A stretch of DNA of 49,629 nucleotides, filler included, from Ionaspis alba (taxonomy: Eukaryota), in NCBI GenBank assembly GCA_964255285.1. It is 2 parts of 2 records of this genome, joined end to end, with 100 filler letters (N's around TTAATTAATTAA, not from the genome) between each part and the next. Parts side by side here need not be neighbours in the genome. Positions count along the whole stretch, not along the records: positions 1 to 24,797 come from CAXUUL010000168.1; positions 24,898 to 49,629 come from CAXUUL010000169.1. The stretch is one strand, 5' to 3'. A program made the translations under genes and the position numbers. The stretch's first letter is position 1. Each line of letters starts with the position of its first letter. The notes below the pieces were generated by a model. The model was not told where the DNA came from, made no database searches, and saw only the letters and a program-made list of their open reading frames with translations. Positions 24,360 through 36,693 of the stretch are shown here, piece by piece.

Positions 24360-25320
24360 CGAAACGTTTTCGATCATTACGCAACGACGATTGAATATAC
24401 TATTAATTTGACTTGTATGGGTGGTTGCTGTAAGTTATATCAACGTTGATGTTGGCAGAGTTTTGTACGGCTCCTATGAACGATCTTTTGCCGAGTAGCT
24501 ACAATGGTGTAGTGGCAGAAGACACCGTCGTAGTCCTAACAACGTTTCTATATATTCAAAACAAGAGATTACGTTGTGGATTGTACCGTTTATGTAAGCA
24601 AAATGTTCGACGTTTTTATTGTTAAACATTCAGATAATTATACCTCTACGGTATCGTGATCACATGAAAATTAGAAAATACAATATTGTAGCGCATAAGA
24701 AAACTTTATTCATAAAAATATACATTAATCTATCGTAATGGTGGTGTCAAATGATTTCAATAATCCGTCGAAATTTTTGTATATCGACGATAGCCGCNNN
24801 NNNNNNNNNNNNNNNNNNNNNNNNNNNNNNNNNNNNNNNNNTTAATTAATTAANNNNNNNNNNNNNNNNNNNNNNNNNNNNNNNNNNNNNNNNNNNNGAA
24901 TTTTAATTATAAATTTAAAAAATTACTAATTCGATAATAAAAAAACAAAAAATTAAATTTATTAATAATAAAAATTCGTTAGAAAAAGACGATTAAATAA
25001 TTTTAAAAAATTAATTAATAAAAAAAAAAAAGAAAATCGGGAGAAACAAGAAAAAAATATTTTAAAAAAAAAAGATTTCTTATATCACATGATATATATT
25101 TATATATTTTATATCGTTAAACGATCCAATAAAAAACTCCCGCGGCTTAACACGTTAAATCTAATAAAAAAAATATATATATATTAATTTTAAAAAAATA
25201 ATATTTACGTAATGACGTCGGAAAATCAACGGTTCAATCCCCCGGGTATTCAATTTTTTTATTTTTAGATAACTAATATTTTCTATATTTAGCCTGTATG
25301 TAATAAATTTTTAGTTTCAG
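24360..25320. mobile_element. AT-rich, RIP-like degenerated repeat relic spanning an assembly gap
   Basis: Abrupt GC drop between two genes, no ORFs, and many remaining C/G occur as CpG. No transposase or terminal repeats are recognisable. Confidence 0.5.
24798..24897. other. Artificial scaffold linker N44-TTAATTAATTAA-N44
   Basis: A 12-mer with stop codons in all six frames sits centred in exactly 100 nt of padding. Confidence 0.9.
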
Positions 25321-25464
25321 GATGGAATAGAAACACCCAGGTCGTCTCTGTACATTGGGAACACTGCATCTTCAGATCAAAAACTCACGTGACAAACAAA
25401 ACTCGACCTTGACTTGCTGCGACTTCTGTCATGTACCCTGTATCTCTCCTTTAAAGTGTTCACA

Positions 25465-27575
25465 ATGGCGGAGTTTGATCTTTCTGCAACTTTCATCCCT
25501 GCCTTGCACAAACCGTCGTCACTGTTGCCAATAGCCCGCCACCGGCAGAACCTCCTGTACCTCTTTGAATCATCTCAAGTAACCATTGTGGTTGGGCAGA
25601 CTGGAAGTGGCAAGACAACCCAGATCCCACAGTTTTTAGACCAGGCAGGATGGTGCGGCGATGGCAAGATCATTGCCGTGACTCAGGTAGGTGAGTTCGA
25701 CCGGATATCCATACTCAATGGAGAAACGTTCTGATGAACTGTAGCCACGCCGAGTGGCTGCCACTACTGTTGCTGCTAGGGTGGCTGAAGAAATGGGCTG
25801 TAAACTTGGCGAAGACGTGGGCTATTCCATAAGATTTGAGGACGTGACCTCCCTTTCAACTCGGATAAAATTTATGACTGATGGGCTTCTTTTGCGTGAA
25901 GCCCTTGTTGATCCCCTGCTGTCTCGCTACTCAGTTGTTATGATCGATGAAGCTCACGAGCGTTCCCTGAGCACCGATATCCTGCTGGGTGTTCTAAAGA
26001 AGGTGATGAAGAGAAGGTTGGATATACGCATCATAGTGAGCAGTGCTACCCTGCAGGCTGAAGAGTTTCTTCGTTTCTTCGCTGGCGAATCCGAGAAAGA
26101 CGAGCATGGCAATAGGATTGGAAACATCATCAGCCTTGAGGGCAGGATGTACCCCGTCGACACACTCTACTTAGAGGAGCCTGCAGAGGATTATGTCGAG
26201 CGGGCTGTCAGCACAGTGTTTGACATCCATACTTCTGAGGGCGATGGAGATATCCTACTTTTTCTTACTGGGCGTGAGGAAATAGACACTGCCATACAGT
26301 TGATCTCGGAACGGGCTGGCGCACTACATCCAAAGGCCCCATCCATGCTGGCTTTACCGATGTATGCCGGCCTCACAAGTGATCAGCAGCTTTATGTATT
26401 TGAGCCTGCTCCGGAACACACAAGGAAAGTCATTGTCTCCACAAACATAGCAGAGGCTTCGGTGACAATCGACGGTATTGTCTATGTGATCGACTGCGGC
26501 TTTGTAAAACTAAGGGCTTTCAATGCTATGACCGGCATCGAGACGCTCACTGCTACGCCGGTTTCTAAAGCTTCTGCTACGCAGAGAGCCGGGAGAGCCG
26601 GGCGCACGAAACCAGGGAAATGCTTTCGTCTGTATACGGAGGCAGCGTATGATCAACTGCCTGAAGTGACAGTCCCAGAAATACAACGGTCAAACCTTGC
26701 ACCAGTCGTACTTCAACTCAAAGCACTCGGTATAGACAACATTGTCCGTTTCGACTTCCTTACCCCTCCACCCGCAGAGTTGATCATTCGTGCTCTTGAG
26801 CTGCTTTATTCCCTTGGAGCGTTGGACGATTATGCAAAACTTACAAAACCATTAGGAATGCGAATGGCTGAACTATCTGTTGAACCTATGATGGCGAAAG
26901 TTCTTCTGACCGCTTCAAAATTCGGATGTCTCAGTGAAGTCCTTTCGATTGCGGCCATGACGGCTCTTCAAGGTGCTGTATGGTTCTCTCATGATGGAGA
27001 GAAGAAAGCAAGCGAAACAGCGAGACGTAAGTTTGCTGTTGAAGAAGGCGATCATCTGACCCTGCTCAACGTATACCAAACGTTTGTCACCAAGGGCAAG
27101 AAGGACTCCTCTTGGTGTAAAAAGAATTATCTCAATCATAAATCGATGACGAGAGCAGTTAGCATACGGGCGCAGCTCAAGCGATATCTCGAGCGCTTTG
27201 GTATCAATGTCGAGGAGACGTTATCTAGCGATGGAGACAGTGGAGATACCATGGATAAAAGCGAGCAAATACGAAGATGCCTCACAACAGGCTACTTTGC
27301 CCATGCGGCAAGGATGCAGCCCGATGGGAGCTTCAAAACTGTTAGCGGTGGGAACACCTTACATGCTCATCCAAGCTCATTAATGTTTGTTCGTTTGCCC
27401 CACATGCCATCAACATCGAGATGTCAGCTGACAATAACGGTAGAACCGCAAGGCAGACTGGGTGTTGTTTCATGAGATCATGGAGACTGGCAACAAGACC
27501 TTCATTCGGGATGTGACGAAGATTCAGAAGAGCTGGCTGTTAGAATATGCCTCGGCTTATTACAAGATCAGATAG
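25465..27575 (+). CDS. DEAH-box RNA helicase, DHX35-like
   Basis: GQTGSGKTTQ, TQ|PRRVAA (intron 25688-25744), DEAHER, SAT, STNIAEAS and QRAGRAGR motifs; very short N-terminus. Second intron approx. 27389-27443; stop 27573-27575. Confidence 0.9.
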
Positions 27576-27846
27576 AACAAGCGATTTGCTTCCAACAAAC
27601 AAATATGTGGCACGGCCAGGGCTTTGTTGATAATAGTTCGTTCTCACATGTATCTTACTACCCTATAGTTGCTGGGTGAGCTTCACTCGAGCTCTAGCTT
27701 AGCGGAATTGACTCTATCTCTCCGATCCCAGCCCGAGATGGCCCAACTCCCCGGTCGTCTCCGTACAAAACACGTAGAAGATGAAAGCTCGATAACCTTT
27801 CAGACAGCCTACTTTCATCGACATTCCCTCTTTAGTATAACCTCAG

Positions 27847-28563
27847 ATGTCTCATTCCCATCATCATGACGACTCGAGTCACGACCACGGCGGCCACGAC
27901 CACGACGCTCACGATCACAGCGACGACATCGAGCCTGCTCTCCAGTCTCTACTTTACAAACAGGTTGAGTTTGAAAAGATCACAACTCTCAACGAGACCC
28001 AGGTCGATTCCGGCTCGACAGTTGTAAAGAAAACGTGGGCACAGAGGCAAGACCCTAAGCCCGTGCTGGTTAGTGACGCCGATGAACAGCTTCTGATGAC
28101 AGTCCCGTATGCCACTGAATACAATGTAGATCGAGCTTTCCATTGATGTTACCATAGATTCGCCGGAACTGTCAAACTTCACTCCGTTCTCTTTCGAACT
28201 TCGGAGTCGTCCTCAGCTCCGAAAACCTTGAAGCTTTTCTCGAACAGAAACGATATGGACTTTGATGCTGCTTCCGAGCTCACCCCTTTGCAAACACTTA
28301 CCCTCTCCCGCACATCAGAGATCCAGGACGTTCCTGTCAAGCGAGCCTTATTCGGCAATACGTATGTCCTGACACTGTTCATTGAGGACAACTTCGGCGC
28401 CGATGCTACGGAGATCTACTATCTGGCTTTCAAAGGGGACTTCACGCCATTGAATCGGGAACCAGTGGAAGTGCTCTACGAGAAGGCGGCTAATCCTAGA
28501 GACCATGCACCAATTGTTGGAGTTGGGGGAATGGCAGCTTCCGGGCCCAGAAGTGGAATGTGA
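27847..28563 (+). CDS. PITH-domain protein (PITHD1-like)
   Basis: His-rich N-terminus, SDADEQLLMTVP|FAGTVKLHS, APKTLKLF and NFGADATEIYY. Intron approx. 28107-28158. Confidence 0.88.
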
Positions 28564-28833
28564 ACTTGCGGTGTGCATGGTTCGTCATCAAGACTGAGGT
28601 TCTCCGGGGAGACTGTGAGCTTGCTTGGAGTTTGGAGCGTCGGGAAAGAAATGGATGCTGCTTCGACCTTTCCAATGAAAATGAAGGATGTTACGCACTA
28701 GAAGCCTCATAGCTGAAACATGAATGAAGCACAGTTTGCAGATTGGTGGACCGTAAACTGGTAGAAATTCCAATCTCATTATACCTGCAACAACGCCTAC
28801 GCTGTACCATGACACGACCCATTTCCGTAGAAC

Positions 28834-29592
28834 TCAAGCCAGCATAGGCTCAATAGGCTGCCTCTCAGCACTTTCCTGTGCTCGTACTTTAGCTCTGGCT
28901 TTCTGCTGCTTCGTCCGTAAATTCGCGGCATCCGATCCAGCATCCGTCTTCTCCACACCTGTGGGCTTGCTCTCAGTGACAATGCCTTCAAACCCATTTT
29001 CAGGGACCTTGGACAATTCTGGCTGGTCCGACCCCTCAATCCGTACAACCTCTTTCTGTAAAGCCTCCAACTCATCCTCCACCTCATCCTCGTCCTGATT
29101 CGACATCCGTCCTGCCAGCATATCTCCTATCTCTCGCTCGTATGCTTGTGCTTCCTCGCTCTCGCCCAGCAGCTTCTCCACCTGCTCTATTCCCCCGATC
29201 TCGGCATGAATCTGTTTCAGAACTTTGGTGCCTTGCTGGAGGCCGAACATCACATCTTTTTGTACGGAGGCAAATTCCACGTCGGATGTCAATTGTTGTA
29301 GCTGCTCAAGTTGTAGATCTGTCTTAGCGAGGAGCGATTCTTGGTATTTCTTGCGACGTAGGGCGAGGAGCGCCTTGGGCTTTTGGCCACGAGCAAGACA
29401 TTCCTTAGCGATTGCAGTTTCTCGGTCTGTAAGTTTTGTTATGCGTTTCTGATATTGGTGGAGGTTGTCGCGCTGATTTTTGAGGTCGAGAATTGCTCTG
29501 CTCGAGATTTAGGGAGGAGAGGACAGAAATGTATAAGGAAGAGCGTACCTATCTTGCGCCGATATCTTATGCGAGCTTTGTGTGTTACCCAT
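28834..29592 (-). CDS. VPS20: ESCRT-III subunit Vps20 (CHMP6)
   Basis: Myristoylation-type start MGNTQSSHKISAQD, one intron, then AILDLKNQRDNLHQYQKRI...ALLALRRKKYQE...DVEFASVQKDV and an acidic Snf7-family helix. Confidence 0.9.
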
Positions 29593-29710
29593 GGCCGCAT
29601 CTTGGAGTATTTGCTACTAGGAGGGGGCTGTCATGTTTGGTGAAATACTGGTATTTGTTCACGGAGCGTTGACGTCGTCTCGCGAGGTCCACGGCCTAGG
29701 GCTCTTATCG

Positions 29711-30148
29711 CCCCGTGCCTAGGGACCGTAGGCACCAACAGTAGGCACTAGGCTAAAAACGGTGATTTTACCTTAAGAATTTCGCGACACTTTTATATTT
29801 CTTGAGGTTTTACCACGAAATTTGCAGGTAAGTCTTTTCCTTTTAAAGTCCACTACTAACTGTCCATTTAGTCTATACAGATAATCTCGAATCGAGACTA
29901 TGAAACGTTTTTCTCTCGCTACCGCCGCGAAACGCGTAGGGGGGGAGACAAAAACAGGTTCGGGAGGGTAAATGAGGCTCTCGGTGGCCATTACAGAAGT
30001 CAATTAAATCAATTGAAGCTTTGGGGTAAGAGACGAAGGTCGCTGGGCGAGGCGTTTGGACCTCCCCTTTGTACGTTTGAAATTTACGGTAAGTTCCTTT
30101 TTCCGATCTAGCGCCTACTGTGACTGCCTACTGTCCCTAGGCACGGGG
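29711..30148. mobile_element. Non-autonomous DNA transposon (MITE), 438 bp, with 41-bp imperfect TIRs and 8-bp TSD TCTTATCG
   Basis: Left end ccccgtgcctagggaccgtaggcaccaacagtaggcactag versus reverse complement of right end ccccgtgcctagggacagtaggcagtcacagtaggcgctag (first 16 nt identical). TCTTATCG at 29703-29710 and 30149-30156. Confidence 0.9.
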
Positions 30149-30249
30149 TCTTATCGATAGCACTAGCGTACAACTTTTCCGAGTGATGAATTGGGCGAGT
30201 ATACATGTGAACCTCAATTTGTGGTATACTTCAGTACCGGTCTCACAAT

Positions 30250-32572
30250 ATGCCTCCTAGGCATGGAGGGGGACGAGCTACGTTAGTTCAAGGGCTGGAC
30301 AAAGAGGTGCTTCATATGGTTTGGCCCTTTGGCCTGGCGAGTCAGTCTTCTAATTCTGGGTTTCAAGGTCTACCAAATTGTGCGGAAGCTCGCCGATGAG
30401 CAGGCACAGTACGAGAACAATCAACAAACTCGAATCTCGGTTCCTCTGGTATATGAGAGGATCAAGCGATCAAATTCAAGTCTGAATCGGAAAAGCAAAA
30501 AACTCCTAGAAGATAGCATAGAACGTGTTTTGGCGGTCTTGAAGGAAGAAGCCGACTCGAGTGATGATCTGGGCTCAATCGATGACGAGTTCGATGGTAT
30601 TGAGATCGCTGAACCTAGGGTATTTGTCTTCGTGGTCGAACCTGCTGATCCTGTTACATACTTATGCCACGTCTAGGTATCAAATGGTCTCAATAAGAGC
30701 CTTGTTGGCATGTGGGCGCAAGGATCCACAAACCCAAATGGAATCTCACGAGCCCTCAACGGAGAGCGCGAGGCTTTTTCTAAGTCTACAAAATCCAAGA
30801 AGCGCTCTGCCAATGGTGAACCACCAACGAAGAAAAGAAAGAGTCAACCAGAGATCGATCGCTCTCCTCCTACTCATGTCAGTCTTGCAGATGTTGGTGG
30901 AGCTGAAGCAGTAATTCAAGAGTTGGAGGATCTGATTGTGCTGCCACTCCTTCAGCCGCAAATCTACGTTGAATCCAAAATTCAGCCACCGAGAGGGATT
31001 CTGCTACATGGGCCACCTGGATGTGGAAAGACGATGATAGCCAATGCCTTTGCCGCTGAGCTCGGAGTCCCTTTCATATCCCTATCAGCACCTTCCATAG
31101 TTTCTGGGATGTCGGGTGAATCCGAAAAAGCTCTCCGAGAACATTTCGATGAAGCCAAGAAATTAGCACCCTGCCTTGTTTTTATTGACGAGATCGATGC
31201 CATCACACCAAAGAGAGAAAGCGCTCAACGAGAGATGGAAAAACGCATCGTGGCTCAACTACTCACTTGTATGGATGATTTGGCATTGGAGAAGACAGGA
31301 GGTAAAGCTGTTATAGTTATGGCCGCCACGAATCGGCCAGACAGTTTGGATCCGGCACTCCGACGTGGTGGCAGATTCGACAAGGAGATCAATATGAGTG
31401 TCCCGAGTGAGAACGTCCGAGAGCAGATACTAAGAGCCTTGACAAGGCAGATGAGTCTGTCTGGAGATCTGGATCTTAAACTACTGGCGAAACTTACCCC
31501 TGGATTCGTAGGCGCAGATCTCAGCGACTTAGTCTCTACGGCAGGATCCGCAGCTATCAAGCGATTCCTTAGCACACTGAAAACGGAATCTTCGGATATG
31601 GACGTTGACGACAATCTCTCTGTATCGCCTAAAGTCCTCGATCTTCGCCGTCTAATCAAGCGTGCCAAAGAGTCTTCTACAGAAGCCGCTACAGCAATTG
31701 CAATCACCAGCGACGACTTTCTTACCGCTCTCCCCAAAATCCAGCCATCTTCGAAAAGAGAGGGATTTGCTACCATCCCAGATACTACCTGGGCAGACAT
31801 TGGCGCGCTCCGTCCTGTCCGCGAAGAGCTCTTGACAGCGATCGTGGAACCTATCCGTCACCCTGAGAAATATGCACGTGTGGGCATCACAGCACCTACC
31901 GGCATTCTTCTTTGGGGCCCACCTGGATGTGGCAAGACTCTTTTGGCCAAAGCCGTGGCCAATGAGTCCCATGCCAACTTTATCAGCGTCAAAGGCCCCG
32001 AACTTCTCAATAAATACGTTGGCGAGTCCGAACGGGCTGTCCGCCAGGTGTTCGTTCGTGCCCGCTCCAGCATTCCGTGTGTCATTTTCTTCGATGAGCT
32101 CGATGCTTTGGTCCCCAAGCGTGATGATGCCCTTTCGGAGTCCAGTGCGCGTGTGGTAAACACCCTCCTCACCGAACTCGACGGCCTGAGCAATCGTGAG
32201 GGTATTTATGTTATTGCTGCTACCAATCGCCCAGACATTATTGACCCTGCAATGCTTCGACCGGGTCGCTTGGAAACGCTTCTTTTCGTTGATTTACCTG
32301 GAAAGGAAGAGCGAGTCGAAATTCTGCAGACACTGGCAAGGAATCTTGGCATTGCATTCACCGACGCGATTGCTCATGTGGCAAGAGCTTGTGAAGGGTT
32401 CAGTGGAGCGGACTTGGAGAGCTTGCTTAGGAGAGCTGGGTATGCAGCTATCAAGCGTGACGACGTTATTATGTTTGAGGACTTTGAGAAGGCTAAGGAA
32501 AGTGTGAGGCCTAGCGTTGGTGATCGGCGGAAGTATGATCGCCTGAAGGCCCTTTGGGGTAGTGGAGTATAG
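30250..32572 (+). CDS. RIX7: Ribosome-biogenesis AAA+ ATPase Rix7/NVL
   Basis: Two AAA modules (GPPGCGKT twice), SGMSGESEK, AQREMEKRIVAQ and QPSSKREGFATIP. Introns approx. 30307-30367 and 30620-30676. Confidence 0.95.
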
Positions 32573-33507
32573 GGTTATACTAGACCACAGGATAGGAGGA
32601 ACATAGGGAATCATCCTTTGGATATACCAAACATCGTCTTTCTATATCATCAGTTTCGGAAATGTGGTAGAGCACATCGTGTACTCAACACACCACCAAA
32701 TTTATGTTAAGGAAATAATGAGCGGACAAACCAATCTGGCTTAGCCGAACGGTCTTGGCACTTCCCTAGTAGAACGTCAAGCCTTTGGCTGCGCTTTCCA
32801 GTCCACCTTTCCGTCATTCTGAAATCCTCTGTCCGATCTACTCTAGGACCGCATCACAAATACACCGCGACAACGGAGAATCTTATAATGCTGTCTTCGT
32901 TCGTAACTTCATCTAACAACGGGACTGAGGCAATTGCAAAGCTCGTCCAGGAGAACATCCAACCAAAGGTTATCTAACCAACATCCGTCGTTGCCGATGT
33001 GTGTCAATTTTGTTGTGCTGACCACTACGAAACATCTTGCAAGAGACATCTCACAATAACCTGCTCGGGATCTCAATCGGGTGAGGCGCGCTGTCTCCAG
33101 TTGTGGAGCAAATTCCATCTCCGGACAGATAGCCCTGGCCGTCTCAAGCTTTTCCCAACAAATAGGAATATAAGACACTGTTGTTTGATTGTTGTGAGAC
33201 GATCCAACTCGATCAATTCCGCACTACTTATACCACGCCGCTCCTATGTCACATATTCCTTCGTCATCCTGTCTTTCTCTCAGTACCTGGCGAGCTCAAC
33301 TTTGGCGGTCAATCCAGCGACGTACTACTTTTCAGCCAAGGCTCTGGTAGCCACACATAATATCTAATCTCTAATACCACTCGATCACCTAACCGCTGCT
33401 CACGCCAGTGCACCCAATCTTGCTGCATACCCATTCCTCATAAGAATTGACGATAAACTGGTTTTGATCAGACCAGTAAAGACATCAGCCAGCTAAAGTT
33501 TATCAAC

Positions 33508-33812
33508 ATGAGGTCGCAGATCCTAGTTTCCGCTATCGTTCTGCTTGGCTCCTCTGCTCTCGGCTCCGCTTCTCAAGGTCAGGCCATCCGATCTTGGGGA
33601 ATCTGGCCTCGCTAACAGTCAGTCTAGTTGTCATGAGAATCCCAGAGCACGCCATGAACCAATACCGCGCAGTCTTTGACAACACGCCGCTTTTTGAACA
33701 AATCAACGGTGCCAATTTCCACAACCTCGCCGGCTTTCACCCTCTTGCGCTGCCACTGGCTATGGGTGGTAGTGCACAGGGTGGATCTGGAGTTGGTATC
33801 ATGATACTGTGA
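33508..33812 (+). CDS. Possible small secreted protein (about 84 aa) or gene relic
   Basis: Signal-peptide-like exon MRSQILVSAIVLLGSSALGSASQ, donor gtcagg, branch gctaac, and an acceptor that stays in frame with ORF 33594..33812. Confidence 0.35.
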
Positions 33813-35147
33813 ATAGCGATGTCAAAAAGCATTTTATGCTGCCCAAGCTCCACGGGCCCGGACGACTGATGGACGGATATTCGGAGAAACCAGGGAAAAG
33901 GTTGAAGCATGATTCCATCCTTCACAAATGTCGATGTACACTAAATTACGGGCTGCTGGCTTGCCTAAGATTGTCATCACGATGTGGAAAGATTACGATT
34001 CACGAATATGAGAGCTACTACAGACACAGTTAATGTCTAGTTACATGACAGATCTTGCTACCTCCACGACGAGCATACTTCTACTCATTCGCGTAAGCCA
34101 TGGGCAGCCAACCACGAGTGAAGCAAGTGCATCGAAGCAATCCACTTGTTGACTGGTGGCGCACGAGCCTATTGACCTGTTTGTCTCACCATTCAGAGTA
34201 TTCTGGAGATCACGCCGAAACTTAGGGTGCCAGAAATGGGTTGGCGAAGATGGCAGTGTCAAACTTGTTTGCTCCCAGAGGCTGGCCCTACTCAGGGCCT
34301 TCATCCCGCCGTACTCCATACTTACATTACGACTAAAACGAATGGATTGCTGCCTTTACCGTTGGCATGCAGGCACCAGCAAGCTTGCATGGTTTGGCTC
34401 CTAGGGTCTAGGTTTTACGGCCGACACGAGTACAGGTTGAAGCGGCTTACGGAAGAGCATGAGCGTGGGTATAAAGTTCCCTAGATTTTGTCTTACTCGG
34501 TATTGAGGGTCTTCAAAAGAGTAAACTTTGTATTTACTAGAACTTTGGGAACAGCCCCGATACCGAGCTGCTAATTTTTGCTCTGCTGTGCCATAGTGAT
34601 GAGGTTGCGTGAGATCGTTCCTTGAAAACCAATGCATCGAACACAGATAAGACTCCGGAGTTTTGCGAGTTTGCTGAGCTCAATCCACACCAAAGGAACG
34701 TATTGGACCGATCGGCATAGGCTATTGTCTGTATCGCATCATATACATACATCGGCGGATAAACCCAAAGCCGTCTTGACTGGTTGTTACTACTCATTGG
34801 AGAGATCTACTTGCCATCGAGCCGCGAAGGCGGAGCTAGAGCTTACTTCACTACGCACCTTGGCATGAGTGAGCTACATAAGCGATCACGTTCTTTCAGA
34901 GCCTCCTGGCCTTCTCCTTACAAACACTTGGTTCATCGAGATGCCCTCTACCCTTCGAAGAGCCAAGTGCAACAACAATACTAATATGTCTTTGCAACTT
35001 GCGTGATGTGATATATCGTCAGCCGTTCATCTGCCTGCATGTCCTAAAACAGATCCAACCTGACTAATACATCCTTGAAGTGTTCACAGATTCCAGCACT
35101 CGCAGATCCCAGCGCTTACAGATCTCCATGCTCACAGATCTCAGCAT

Positions 35148-36693
35148 TCACAAATTTTGCGCACTCGTACTTTCCTGTTCGATTCGATATTGAAGATGGA
35201 TACCATCACCTTCGGGGATCGGCTCTTTCCCTAATCGGACGTATGTCCGCGTAGGCTTAGCTGGGCGCATCGTATACTTATCGTAGACCGAAGAATCGTT
35301 CGGACTTCCATCGATAGCATGTTCTTTCTTGTTTTCTTTAAAACCATCGTATGAACTTGAGCCGGACGATCTGCCGCGGCTTCGATAGGATCGAAAGATG
35401 ATCTTCGAGCTCAAGACGTTCCACGAAGGCAAATGACGTACAAGATTTGTGAATGATGGCTGCAACTCCAAGTCAAAAAGAGTCGGCGTCGCTTTAGAAT
35501 ATGCTTCACCTACCATGCAGCTTGCAGTTATACCAGCGCACATTTCCACAACGCTTGCAATCCCATTAGCTTAAGACTCTGTGAGTCAGGATAAGTACGG
35601 ACCACATCACTAAAACTGGCATTGTTTCATATGTCACGTCCGACGAATATCGGTCAAGTTTCCACTTATAATAAATGCTGAGTGAAGAGGCAACGCAAGC
35701 TCTATAAATTATTGTTAGTAGGACTGTCAGTTAGAATCAAGATATTGAGTAGAACATACATGATACCAGTAAAAAATATGATCATCACTCCAAATTTGCG
35801 CTTATTTGAAAGGCGGAGTCTTGATACGCCAACAATGGGAAGAAGCAAGATATAGACATCAAGTACAAGACTCATACTTGCGATAGGTAGTGTAAGCCGA
35901 AAGGCTCCTTGCATTCGAACGCTTGTAACCGCATCTAAAAAAGTCTGTCCTGGCGCAGGCGCAGTATATGCGAGAGTAGCAATAAGCACAGACAAATAGA
36001 ACAAAACGTTCACCGTGGCACCAGCATAAGACATATAGCGAAGCCATTTCATTGGGCGAAAGATTTGAAGATAGAGCAGGAAGAATGTGAGTTTGACAAA
36101 CGGCCAGATGATCGTGGTAGTCCAGTTTATGAAAAATCCGGTCTAGAAAGATGTCAATGTCTCACACTTCAAATCGTGAACTAAGACACTACTGACCACG
36201 AGAAAATCGTTGCCCGAAATGTCTGCAACTGTCAAATCCCATATATGGGTGCCAAATTTTCCGCGTGTCACAGCTTGCCCATAATCAGCTACGTATAGAT
36301 GTATCAATGTAGAAATTATACTTACCATACATAATGGCAACAAAATAGAGAATTGTCTCGACCTGTTGATTAATATCAGAGTCTGCATTGAATAATTTAC
36401 AATATTAAGGGGAAAGTACCGTCGCAATAATGCAAGTATCTATCATAATTAGCAGGGAATCTATACAGATAGACTGAATACTTGCAATCATCTGGAGTAA
36501 GTTTTTGAACAATCTTCAGCTTCACATAAAGCCTTATTGAGACGAACACAAGCATCATAAAGATCAAAATTGAGCAGATAGCAATAGCGACTGGGCCATT
36601 ACTATAGGGATCAACAAGGTTCGGCGTCACGCCTGGCGGCGGTGTTGCAGCCGGCATTTGAGCTATCTCCACGGCATCAGGGGTTGATTCCAT
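35148..36693 (-). CDS. PTH11/SAT4-like rhodopsin-domain integral membrane protein (no CFEM domain)
   Basis: PAATPPPGVTPNLVDP, IRLYVK...DD|Y, GTHIWD, VKLTFFLLYLQIF, DVYILLLPI, RKFGVMIIF and VEMCAGITASCM|PS motifs; about 8 exons. Confidence 0.85.

Noticed and set aside
25135..25260. tRNA-like boxes (ggcttaac...ggttcaatccc followed by poly-T), and a tggtgtagtgg A-box-like stretch near 24505
   Set aside because: The T-stem and acceptor stem do not pair, so no cloverleaf can be drawn. At most this is a degenerate relic; tRNAscan-SE would decide.
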